Sequence record: NC_061418.1
DNA: 64,000 bases
Direction: 5' to 3' (one strand)
Part shown: piece by piece, positions 37,951 to 45,627 of the stretch
How positions within the stretch are numbered: position 1 is the first letter of the stretch
Layout: each line of letters opens with the position of its first letter
Made by a program: the position numbers and the translations under genes
The notes under the pieces: generated by a model
What the model was told of the DNA's origin: nothing
The model's database searches: none
What the model saw: the letters and a program-made list of their open reading frames with translations, nothing else

Positions 37951-38234
37951 ATGTCCTCCTTACTAAAAATAAAGCGAATCTTCTCCCAAAGGGTTTTTGG
38001 TGTCCTGTTACGGTATCGGGTTAAACCGTGGCTGTAGAAATGACTGGCGGCAATGGCGACGAATTCTATCTTTTCTTCTTTGGTGAAAATGGTGCTAAAA
38101 ATACGGTTATTCAACTGCTCTAGAAAATACACTGCATCCGCTTCCGAGTGACGGTCTTCCTTGAAAAAATTTTCAATGTCCTCTTCGATCGTTTTAAGTA
38201 AATTTTTTACAGCGGTAGAATTTGTTCCGGACAT
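37941..38234 (-). CDS. Hypothetical protein
   Basis: Likely start MSGTNS at 38234, since the upstream part of the ORF overlaps a terminator T-tract; overlaps the next gene by 10 nt. Confidence 0.65.
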   Translation of the reverse strand: MSGTNSTAVKNLLKTIEEDIENFFKEDRHSEADAVYFLEQLNNRIFSTIFTKEEKIEFVAIAASHFYSHGLTRYRNRTPKTLWEKIRFIFSKEDIWR

Positions 38235-38274
38235 AGCGGGAGCGCTCCAAAAAATAAAAGAGTGAAGGTGCATA

Positions 38275-38306
38275 AAGAAGAGTGGGGTAAAGACCCCACT
38301 CTTCTT
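38275..38306 (-). terminator. Intrinsic terminator
   Basis: Stem AAGAAGAGTGGGG/CCCCACTCTTCTT. Confidence 0.85.
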
Positions 38307-38316
38307 TTATTCTCGA

Positions 38317-39072
38317 CTACTCATCCGGGTCATCAGCAACGTTCAAGAACCGGCCGTCCATTCTGACTTCATGGAATGTAACGACATCGTCCGGGAACGT
38401 CAGTTCTAACATCAGATAAACACGTAACGGGTCAATGACCTTTAACGCCTTCGTAAAGACCTTAATGGACATATCCGCATTCCGTATCCCACGGTTCAAG
38501 TTAGACCGTTCCGTACTCTGTCGGTTACGTTCAACAAAACCGTTTAACGGGTCATTGACATAACGATTAACACGTTCCGCCCAATCAGCTTCGTCTTTGA
38601 TGATTTGACGTTTAATGTCACTGAACAAACGATGGAGGACATTATACCGTGTTGGGTATTTCTCGTTATGGTATTCCGTGTATAGGTCTTCTTCGTCAAT
38701 CTCGTCGATATGAGAAGTTCGTGTTCCGTCACGATGTTCGAGGAGAAGAATAAACTTCAGATTAATGGGGCGAATTACTCGCATCCCACGAATGAAGTTA
38801 TGCAGCGTCATCTCTTGCTTTGCCAGCTCACGGTTAAGATTACTGCGTTCTGTCGATTTTCCACGGCTCGTCTGTACGACATTGTTCCGTGGATCTTTAA
38901 CGTATTGCGATAACCGATTATTCCAAAATAACGACGAAATGTTCAGGTCATTTCTGACTTCTCTGAACATTAGCGATAACAGGTTCATGGGCCCGGTGTG
39001 TTCATTTACACGGTTACGTCGCAACTCTTCTGCCAAACGAAATCGGGCTGGGATTCCTCGGCTTTTGATCAT
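38317..39072 (-). CDS. Protein of two tandem homologous domains (putative DNA-binding)
   Basis: Start moved to MIKSRG at 39072. Internal duplication N.L..LF...W..R...YV.DP.N...STERSNLNR...M....F......I.P. Confidence 0.75.
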   Translation of the reverse strand: MIKSRGIPARFRLAEELRRNRVNEHTGPMNLLSLMFREVRNDLNISSLFWNNRLSQYVKDPRNNVVQTSRGKSTERSNLNRELAKQEMTLHNFIRGMRVIRPINLKFILLLEHRDGTRTSHIDEIDEEDLYTEYHNEKYPTRYNVLHRLFSDIKRQIIKDEADWAERVNRYVNDPLNGFVERNRQSTERSNLNRGIRNADMSIKVFTKALKVIDPLRVYLMLELTFPDDVVTFHEVRMDGRFLNVADDPDE

Positions 39073-39085
39073 GGAGTAGACCTTT

Positions 39086-39601
39086 TTAACGTTGACTAAA
39101 ATAACGTAGGTGTACCTCGGCGATAGACAACATATCACAGTGCACCGTATAGAGAGAAAGAAGCATCCCTTGATATTGATTTTTATTCATCCCTTTTTTC
39201 AGTTGGTCGAGCAAAAGCAAATGTTCGACAACGGAAGGGATTAACACATCAATAAACGCATAATAATCAGCGCGGCGTTTTTCGTGGTCAACTAACCACT
39301 CGTCGAGCTTATAGCGCGTGAGTGCTTGTTTCAGATTGTAGTTCTCTACAACGGCCTGATGCTCACTAAGGATTTCGTTTATTCGGTTAACGGTATCAGT
39401 GAACTCTTTCAATGGCCGGTAAAGATCTACATACTGCTCTCGGTAAGCTACGTCGTTAGGGACACTTTCACGGAGCTTGGCCATAGCGGTATAGAGGGTT
39501 TCAATGTTGTCACGAGTAACGGCATATTTCTCTCCTTTGTTGATTAATTTAAGGGCGGCTTTAACAGGGTCTAATTTCTGGCGGCGGAAGAACGAAAGCA
39601 C
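39086..39601 (-). CDS. Hypothetical protein
   Basis: GTG start with a strong GGAGGAG RBS; 171 aa. Confidence 0.75.
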   Translation of the reverse strand: MLSFFRRQKLDPVKAALKLINKGEKYAVTRDNIETLYTAMAKLRESVPNDVAYREQYVDLYRPLKEFTDTVNRINEILSEHQAVVENYNLKQALTRYKLDEWLVDHEKRRADYYAFIDVLIPSVVEHLLLLDQLKKGMNKNQYQGMLLSLYTVHCDMLSIAEVHLRYFSQR

Positions 39602-39690
39602 AACTCCTCCTGTTATTGATTATGAAATGATTTTACTTTACATAGAAGTGAAGTCAGCATCTTTTTAAACAGATTTAAACCTTTCTCAAT

Positions 39691-39701
39691 AAGGTGATAT
39701 A
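39691..39701 (-). promoter_or_regulatory. Putative early promoter
   Basis: TATATCACCTT on the minus strand, ~90 nt upstream of the 39601 start. Confidence 0.45.
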
Positions 39702-39714
39702 GTCTTGAAAAATA

Positions 39715-40242
39715 ATGGAGTTTAACATGGCCGCGTATGAGCAAGTCGAAGAGTTTGAACCTATCCCGGAAGAAAAAGAAGGTGAAGTCCTGAGCGCCAG
39801 ACCTGCCGACGGAATGCCGCAAGACAGCGATGATCGTTTGGATTTTACCCAGAATGTTCGTGCGCTGATTGTCAATGAGATTATCAAAGGCGGGAAGGTT
39901 CCAGTTAATGACAAAGACCAGATGAGCATCCTGAAAGATGCGTTAGATGGCATCGACCGTCAGGAATTAGGGAAGAAGAAAATCTCAGCCAAGAAAGAAG
40001 AGACCGCTGCAAACATTAATAACGTGGCTAAGATGTTGGAACGCTTCAGTATGGAAGTGAGTCGTAGCACCAACGGGGCACCAATGGAAAAAATGTTGGC
40101 AGAGAAACCGAAACGCGACCCTTCCGTTTTCAATCGTGACGTAAGAGCCCAGTTCCCCGATATCAATGAATCAGAACTGGAACTGACGCGCCGTGAAGAA
40201 AGCAGTGAAGAATTCTTCGAGCGGATGAAAGAAGACGAATAG
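39715..40242 (+). CDS. Hypothetical protein
   Basis: 175-aa charged helical protein; lone plus-strand gene followed by a terminator. Confidence 0.8.
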   Translation: MEFNMAAYEQVEEFEPIPEEKEGEVLSARPADGMPQDSDDRLDFTQNVRALIVNEIIKGGKVPVNDKDQMSILKDALDGIDRQELGKKKISAKKEETAANINNVAKMLERFSMEVSRSTNGAPMEKMLAEKPKRDPSVFNRDVRAQFPDINESELELTRREESSEEFFERMKEDE

Positions 40243-40248
40243 CGCATA

Positions 40249-40276
40249 AGACAGAGAGGGGAATCCCTCTCTGTCT
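40249..40276. terminator. Terminator between convergent genes
   Basis: Perfect 12-bp stem AGACAGAGAGGG/CCCTCTCTGTCT. Confidence 0.85.
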
Positions 40277-40280
40277 ATAA

Positions 40281-40982
40281 TCAAAAGGGGGCATTGAAAT
40301 ATTCAACACTGATAAATCTGATTGTCCAGGAAGGGGAGACATATTGTTCAGACAATTGGTGAACGTCATCAAGAAGATCTTTAAAATACGCAAAATCTTC
40401 AACGTTCGGTTTGGTCTGGAATAACGCCGGACCAATCAATTCTGTATTAAGAAGATTGACCGACTCCTGTGTCTCGATATGCTCCTCCAGCCAGCCAATG
40501 ATATCGTAATGAATAAAATGCGTAAAATCACTGGCCACAGATTGCGGGGTCAGTTGTTTATCGCTTTTTCTCACCCAATCTATTTTGGTCTGCGGGTGAA
40601 GGAACGTTTTGATGGCCTTGGACAATGATTCCCTGACGTTATTGGTGAGTCGATATGGGTATTCGTTTACCGTCACGGAAACGTTGAGGTCTGTAGGTGA
40701 GATACGTGGACCTTGCTCCGACCCTTCAATAATTTCCTTAATGACCCCGATCAATTTCGATCTGACCGATTTCTTCAGGATCTCGGAATCACGTCCCCGA
40801 TAAGCCTTTCTCCATGCCTCTTCTGTAATTCCTAACCCTTCCCAAATCACCCAATCACCACGACGACGACCATAGCCCTTGGCGATCATGTTAACGGCTT
40901 TGTCAAAATTAAGACTCAATGCCACCGACATTCGAGTATCGAGTAGATCGTCTAGCCTGAGGTGGATACGTAGCGGTCTCAT
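40281..40982 (-). CDS. Conserved phiKZ-like protein (HAD-like N-terminal motif)
   Basis: LRLDDLLDTR start resembles HAD motif I; overlaps the upstream stop (ATGA). Confidence 0.6.
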   Translation of the reverse strand: MRPLRIHLRLDDLLDTRMSVALSLNFDKAVNMIAKGYGRRRGDWVIWEGLGITEEAWRKAYRGRDSEILKKSVRSKLIGVIKEIIEGSEQGPRISPTDLNVSVTVNEYPYRLTNNVRESLSKAIKTFLHPQTKIDWVRKSDKQLTPQSVASDFTHFIHYDIIGWLEEHIETQESVNLLNTELIGPALFQTKPNVEDFAYFKDLLDDVHQLSEQYVSPSWTIRFISVEYFNAPF

Positions 40983-41455
40983 CCCTGTTCACCCAGTTCA
41001 GTGAAACTCGGGTAAACAAACCCAAGGGACATCAACGGAATAATCCACGTGTTCGCTTCGTAGAGCGAGAGGATTTCGTTAAACTTCACAGTCCACATCT
41101 GAGCGTCATTAGGGACAACAGAAAGGTCTTGTATTTCTGACTGCGTCGGTCGATTCGCTGACGCGTTAGCAAACGAGTCAATGATCTGACTGAGTTCTTT
41201 ACGCGTGAATGGGCTCAATGCAAAGAACCGTAAACCAAATACGTAGTTAACCAGTATATCCCGGGAATGAATCTCATTTTGAACCGAGATTAACTGATCA
41301 CGGGTAACCAGTAATGGTTGCGCAGTTACGGAATAATATTGCGATACAAACCCGGTAAAGACATCGATGTCAGTTGGGTCTTTCAGGTCGTTCTTAAAAG
41401 CCAGTGTGAACTGATGTGCCTGGCCAGAGAGAATTTCAATTTCTTCTTTGATCAT
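40979..41455 (-). CDS. Hypothetical protein
   Basis: 158 aa, coupled to both neighbours. Confidence 0.75.
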   Translation of the reverse strand: MIKEEIEILSGQAHQFTLAFKNDLKDPTDIDVFTGFVSQYYSVTAQPLLVTRDQLISVQNEIHSRDILVNYVFGLRFFALSPFTRKELSQIIDSFANASANRPTQSEIQDLSVVPNDAQMWTVKFNEILSLYEANTWIIPLMSLGFVYPSFTELGEQG

Positions 41456-41457
41456 GG

Positions 41458-42129
41458 CTATTTATCCAACGTGGTGTCGAGGTGAGCTGTACGCAGGAGC
41501 GTGGCGAAGTTTTTCGTGGCAGTAACGCCTGTACCCCATTCTTTGGCGTTCGCCACAGTTCCTTCACCGGTAAGCGAGATATCGGTTTCCAGTTTCTGGT
41601 TAGCGCCTTCATCACCCCCACGTACCGAGATCAGTTCGCGGATTAATACATTACCGCCCAGGGATTCAATGTTGTTGAGTTCCGGGAAGGAAATACGTGA
41701 GCCTTTCGACGGACCCGTCACCTGGCCAGTGAGATCATCCACGTGTGTATTATCGTCGGGGATACTCTGCTTATCTTCGATCATCTGCTGTAAGCGAATA
41801 ACGCCCTCACGAATGACCATATAGCGAACAGGCGTAGTAAAGACCTTTTTCGTTTCCGGGTCTTCCATTTCAAGGTACTGGAAGAATTCCACACCCCAGC
41901 GTTTTGCCACGGCCTTAAGATGGGCGTTGTCGTAGATTGGTGACGTTAGGTTAGGTAAGGTAGCGGAGATCATGGGTTTTCCTTGGCGGATACCTTCCAT
42001 GATGCCGTCAAACTCTTCGTCACTCAGTGCTTCCAGATCTTTGCCAATTTGCATGGCGTTTCCTGATCCGGGAAAGAGTTCTTCCATCAGCCTTACGCAA
42101 ACCGCTGTGGCGGCGACGCGGTTTTTCAT
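41458..42129 (-). CDS. rpoB: Virion RNA polymerase beta subunit, C-terminal piece (phiKZ gp149 / SPN3US gp218-like)
   Basis: Start moved to MKNRV at 42129 (GAGG RBS). RLQQMIEDK ~ KLxHxVxDK; LTGQVTGPSKGSRISFPE ~ TQQPxxG..GQRFGEME; RELISVRGGD ~ QExLTxKSDD. Confidence 0.85.
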   Translation of the reverse strand: MKNRVAATAVCVRLMEELFPGSGNAMQIGKDLEALSDEEFDGIMEGIRQGKPMISATLPNLTSPIYDNAHLKAVAKRWGVEFFQYLEMEDPETKKVFTTPVRYMVIREGVIRLQQMIEDKQSIPDDNTHVDDLTGQVTGPSKGSRISFPELNNIESLGGNVLIRELISVRGGDEGANQKLETDISLTGEGTVANAKEWGTGVTATKNFATLLRTAHLDTTLDK

Positions 42130-42505
42130 TTTTAACCTCTTTAGGAATAGTGATACTGCGATGGGAAACGCGGTATTCGGATATCCGGCGAACCACGTCA
42201 CCTGTCCCCTTAGATTCCCCATCCCAGAACGTTACACAGTGTGTAGCCACTGCCATCATTTCGGCATTACGAATAAATCCTGCGCCTTTCCCCTTTCCGT
42301 CCCAATCTGCTGGGAAGGTTAAACAACGGAGTCCTCTCCGTAATGCATATAGGAACGCCAGGTAATCCGTCCCGTTAGCACCGCCTTCCAGAATGACAAT
42401 TTCTTCTGGGGGGAACCGAGACGTGAGTTTATCCATATGTTTTGCAAACTGGTAATAGTTACGGTAATGACGGCAACCCGAAACCATCACCTTGAACCGT
42501 GCCAT
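42020..42505 (-). CDS. YspA/SLOG-family protein (DUF2493-like)
   Basis: VSGCRHY, EGGANGTD, FPADWD..GKGAGFIRNAEM, FWDGESKGT. Confidence 0.85.
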   Translation of the reverse strand: MARFKVMVSGCRHYRNYYQFAKHMDKLTSRFPPEEIVILEGGANGTDYLAFLYALRRGLRCLTFPADWDGKGKGAGFIRNAEMMAVATHCVTFWDGESKGTGDVVRRISEYRVSHRSITIPKEVKNEKPRRRHSGLRKADGRTLSRIRKRHANWQRSGSTE

Positions 42506-42792
42506 TATTTACCCCAACGGAAAATAATATCTGGGAGGACACGGTCTGAGAAATCCGATAGCCAGGCATCGATGCCGTTATCGGTTGAAATCTGTAGTAC
42601 ATTACGAGACGCTCTCGGAGAGATGGTTTTTAGTTCCTTCTCCCAGAACGCATTGATCTCTTGCATCTCGACCCGATTACTGGAGCGTACTCGCTCTTCG
42701 TGATTAAATTTGCGATCAAACAAATTCGCCACGCCGTGCGAGTACTGCGACAGTAACATGGTCATGTGAAAACGTGCTTCTTGACGTACCAT
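42505..42792 (-). CDS. Hypothetical protein
   Basis: 95 aa; TAATG coupling to the SLOG gene. Confidence 0.7.
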   Translation of the reverse strand: MVRQEARFHMTMLLSQYSHGVANLFDRKFNHEERVRSSNRVEMQEINAFWEKELKTISPRASRNVLQISTDNGIDAWLSDFSDRVLPDIIFRWGK

Positions 42793-42812
42793 GTTACACC
42801 TCGATAACTACA

Positions 42813-44228
42813 TTACTGTTTCCAGTAAGGTTTGTATTTACCCATTGCAATTCTGATCAGGTCATAGCTGCTCAGGAAATGTTTCTCTTCTTTGATTTCC
42901 TTGAACTGCCAATGGCCGCGAGTTTCCCCTAACAGCTCGTCCCAATCGTAACCTTGCTCTTTGATCTTTTCGAAGATCTCTGGCGGGGTCATCGCGTAAC
43001 CTTCCAATTTCCACATGAAGTTACGAATCTGACACAGACCAGAGGTCAGCTCTAACGCACGGCGCAGTTTATAGTCGTCGTCGATTTTGTCACGGACGGC
43101 GTTACGCGTGAAAGATACTTCCGGGTAGATCGCCAGAGAGAGGTTAGTTGTATTACTACCCATCCCGTAATACTTATTCGTTTCGCGCAGGTAGTGTAGC
43201 TGAGTTAAGTGAACGAGTAAGCCTTCTGCCTGAGAGAAGACCAGCTCAAACGGTGCACCGGATTGACCGTATTTACCGCGCAGGTTCATACAACGGACTT
43301 TAACGAGGTCTTTGTCTTCCTTCGATCCCATTTCACCGCGACCGTAAAGCGGAAGACGCGAGCCGTCAGTTAGCGGAGAACGACCGTGAACAAACCACAT
43401 GTTATTCGGAATAAAGGTGAATTTTTCGGTGGCGTTCTTGATCGTCTTACCGGACTGGAGGTCGGCCATGATCTTGTGCGGTGGCGCATTCGGGTCCATG
43501 TTCGCTTTCGCCCCGATATGGGCAGTTAACATGGAATAGAACGAATGGCGGCCATTGAGCCCCGGCATCTGCATCATGATCTGGGTTTTGTAACGCCCGT
43601 CGTTCATGAAGATCATGTTGTTGTCTTTCGAGCCGATTTCGTTATCGCCAAATTTTTCTTCAATGGCATCAAAAGACATCATTGACCAGGAATCGATTTC
43701 TTCCATGGTTGGCGGATACATCTTGATCAGCTGTCCGTCATGGTTAGGGAACGGAGTGGTCAACATAGGGACTTTCGTTTTCTTATCGACTTTCATTTCG
43801 CCGTATTTTTTACGGACGTCCCAATAGTCGTTCCCGGACATTTTTAACATGTTAGTGAAGAGAAACTTTTCATTCTCTTCGAGACCGTGTTCGGTGATAC
43901 GCGGCATTCTGGCAGCACGGTACCCTAAACCTTCAATATCTTTAGAGCCTTCGGTCTCGTAGAAAAAGCTGTTGACGGCATCGTAGTACAGTTCCTGAGG
44001 CTGTAACATCATGAAATCAGCCAGGGTCGATTTAAACTGGTTGTTCTCGCCTACGACGGCGTTGATATTCGCCACCCCACCGTTTAAATACATTTCCCCG
44101 GCTTCGCCTTCGACGTAACGACCAGAGAAATGATCAAACAAACAGTTGGTGTTCAGTTTAGGGGTAGAGGCATCGGCTTTCTTATCTTCGCTCATGACAC
44201 CCGCCGGGCTCAGTGAAAATCCGCTCAT
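42813..44228 (-). CDS. uvsX: UvsX/RecA-family recombinase (phiKZ gp152-like)
   Basis: UvsX-type Walker A GENNQFKST (cf. T4 GPSKSFKS); EIDSWS Walker B region; KxRxKxG-like NLRGKYG. Confidence 0.85.
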   Translation of the reverse strand: MSGFSLSPAGVMSEDKKADASTPKLNTNCLFDHFSGRYVEGEAGEMYLNGGVANINAVVGENNQFKSTLADFMMLQPQELYYDAVNSFFYETEGSKDIEGLGYRAARMPRITEHGLEENEKFLFTNMLKMSGNDYWDVRKKYGEMKVDKKTKVPMLTTPFPNHDGQLIKMYPPTMEEIDSWSMMSFDAIEEKFGDNEIGSKDNNMIFMNDGRYKTQIMMQMPGLNGRHSFYSMLTAHIGAKANMDPNAPPHKIMADLQSGKTIKNATEKFTFIPNNMWFVHGRSPLTDGSRLPLYGRGEMGSKEDKDLVKVRCMNLRGKYGQSGAPFELVFSQAEGLLVHLTQLHYLRETNKYYGMGSNTTNLSLAIYPEVSFTRNAVRDKIDDDYKLRRALELTSGLCQIRNFMWKLEGYAMTPPEIFEKIKEQGYDWDELLGETRGHWQFKEIKEEKHFLSSYDLIRIAMGKYKPYWKQ

Positions 44229-44334
44229 TGATAATCCTTGGTTCTGTTTTATGAATTGTCTTCATTACAATTAAGGAAGGTATTTAATTTTATGTTAACG
44301 CTCTTTAGATTACTGACTACATAAGGTATAGATC

Positions 44335-45207
44335 ATGCCATTCTCAATGGAATATTTGAACGCTGAAAAAAATGCTATTATTGCAATGACCAAAGAAATC
44401 CCTGTCCACTCCACGCCCAGTAACGAAGCGCTCTCTATCCAACGGGCAGCGATGGGTGTCGTCGATCGCTTTGCTGGGTTCCTGAATAAAATTGCGGGGC
44501 GCTTTAGCAGTCCAGTTGATAAACTGAGCGATTTTAAAGACAGTGCGAAACCTAAAACCAGTCAACAGATCAAACTGGAAAAAGCACTGGATTCTATACT
44601 GTACGCGGATATCACCGGTCAGCGTGTACAAGTGGTTCCGGGTTTATCTGGTACCTGGCTGGAACTGCTAGATTCATGGAGACTCCCGGTGAAATTTTCC
44701 GTGGACTTTTACGACGATTACCTGAATCCGTTTGAAAAATTCCTGGCAGTCGCCATTACTGACCCAGAAAAATTCACTACCGTAGGGACAGTGAATCGTA
44801 TCAGTCAAATTGACATTGATTCTCACATTCAGTCGTTGACCGCTTATCTGAAAGGGAATGTGAAAACTAACCTTCGCGCTTACGGTGAATGTACCGAACG
44901 TAACGGTGATACGGTTAAGGTTTACGCTAAGACCCAAGAGATTTCTACCGCACTTCATAAGGGTAATTTGGACCTCGTGAAAGGCACCGTTGATCGCTGT
45001 GCAGAGATGTTGGAAACTCTGTCTAAACAAATCAAGGACAGTAACTTACCCTATCGTCTTAATGCTAAGACCATTAACGATCTGACCGAGGTCGTTTTCC
45101 AGATGGCGAAAATGGCGGAGCTTTACGCAGCGACTTACACCTACGTTGAATCCCAACGGACGGCAATGGATGAAACTGCTGAGAAACTGATTGCTTTAGC
45201 AAAATAA
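44335..45207 (+). CDS. Virion head protein (phiKZ gp153-like)
   Basis: 290 aa, divergent from uvsX; N-terminal SME and SNE candidate maturation sites followed by a helical body. Confidence 0.6.
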   Translation: MPFSMEYLNAEKNAIIAMTKEIPVHSTPSNEALSIQRAAMGVVDRFAGFLNKIAGRFSSPVDKLSDFKDSAKPKTSQQIKLEKALDSILYADITGQRVQVVPGLSGTWLELLDSWRLPVKFSVDFYDDYLNPFEKFLAVAITDPEKFTTVGTVNRISQIDIDSHIQSLTAYLKGNVKTNLRAYGECTERNGDTVKVYAKTQEISTALHKGNLDLVKGTVDRCAEMLETLSKQIKDSNLPYRLNAKTINDLTEVVFQMAKMAELYAATYTYVESQRTAMDETAEKLIALAK

Positions 45208-45213
45208 ACATAA

Positions 45214-45246
45214 GAGAATGGGAGAGGGTTGACCTCTCCCATTCTC
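45214..45246. terminator. Terminator between convergent genes
   Basis: 14-bp stem GAGAATGGGAGAGG/CCTCTCCCATTCTC. Confidence 0.85.
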
Positions 45247-45249
45247 ACT

Positions 45250-45627
45250 TTATGACACTGCCGACAACGAATGCATGTTGACAATATTTTTCAGTTCCTG
45301 ACGAAGTGTGAACTCGCCATCCTCCACGCCTTCTTTTAACCAGCGGGGGATCATCTCTTCGAAGTAATTAGCGACCTTTTCGTGCGGTAAGGTTCTAATC
45401 GCTTCGCACTGTTTTTCATCCCAAAGAATCTCAGGGAGAATCGTACCTAGCAATAATCCTTTGGAATCCGTTGTCAAGTTTAAGCGACGATTCATACTCG
45501 AAGCTAATCGTTGACATCCACCCGAACGACCAGAGAGTAGCGTGTAAAAAGAACCCAATATTAAAACACGTCGACCTTTCGTCGTAAAGAGTTTAGGTCC
45601 GAAGACCGCTAAAAGTATTTTGATCAT
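45250..45627 (-). CDS. Hypothetical protein
   Basis: 125 aa; ATGA overlap with the RNase H stop. Confidence 0.7.
   Translation of the reverse strand: MIKILLAVFGPKLFTTKGRRVLILGSFYTLLSGRSGGCQRLASSMNRRLNLTTDSKGLLLGTILPEILWDEKQCEAIRTLPHEKVANYFEEMIPRWLKEGVEDGEFTLRQELKNIVNMHSLSAVS

Noticed and set aside
44010-44070. Non-canonical Walker A (GENNQFKST) suggesting an inactive recombinase
   Set aside because: Phe before Lys is normal for the UvsX family (T4 GPSKSFKS).
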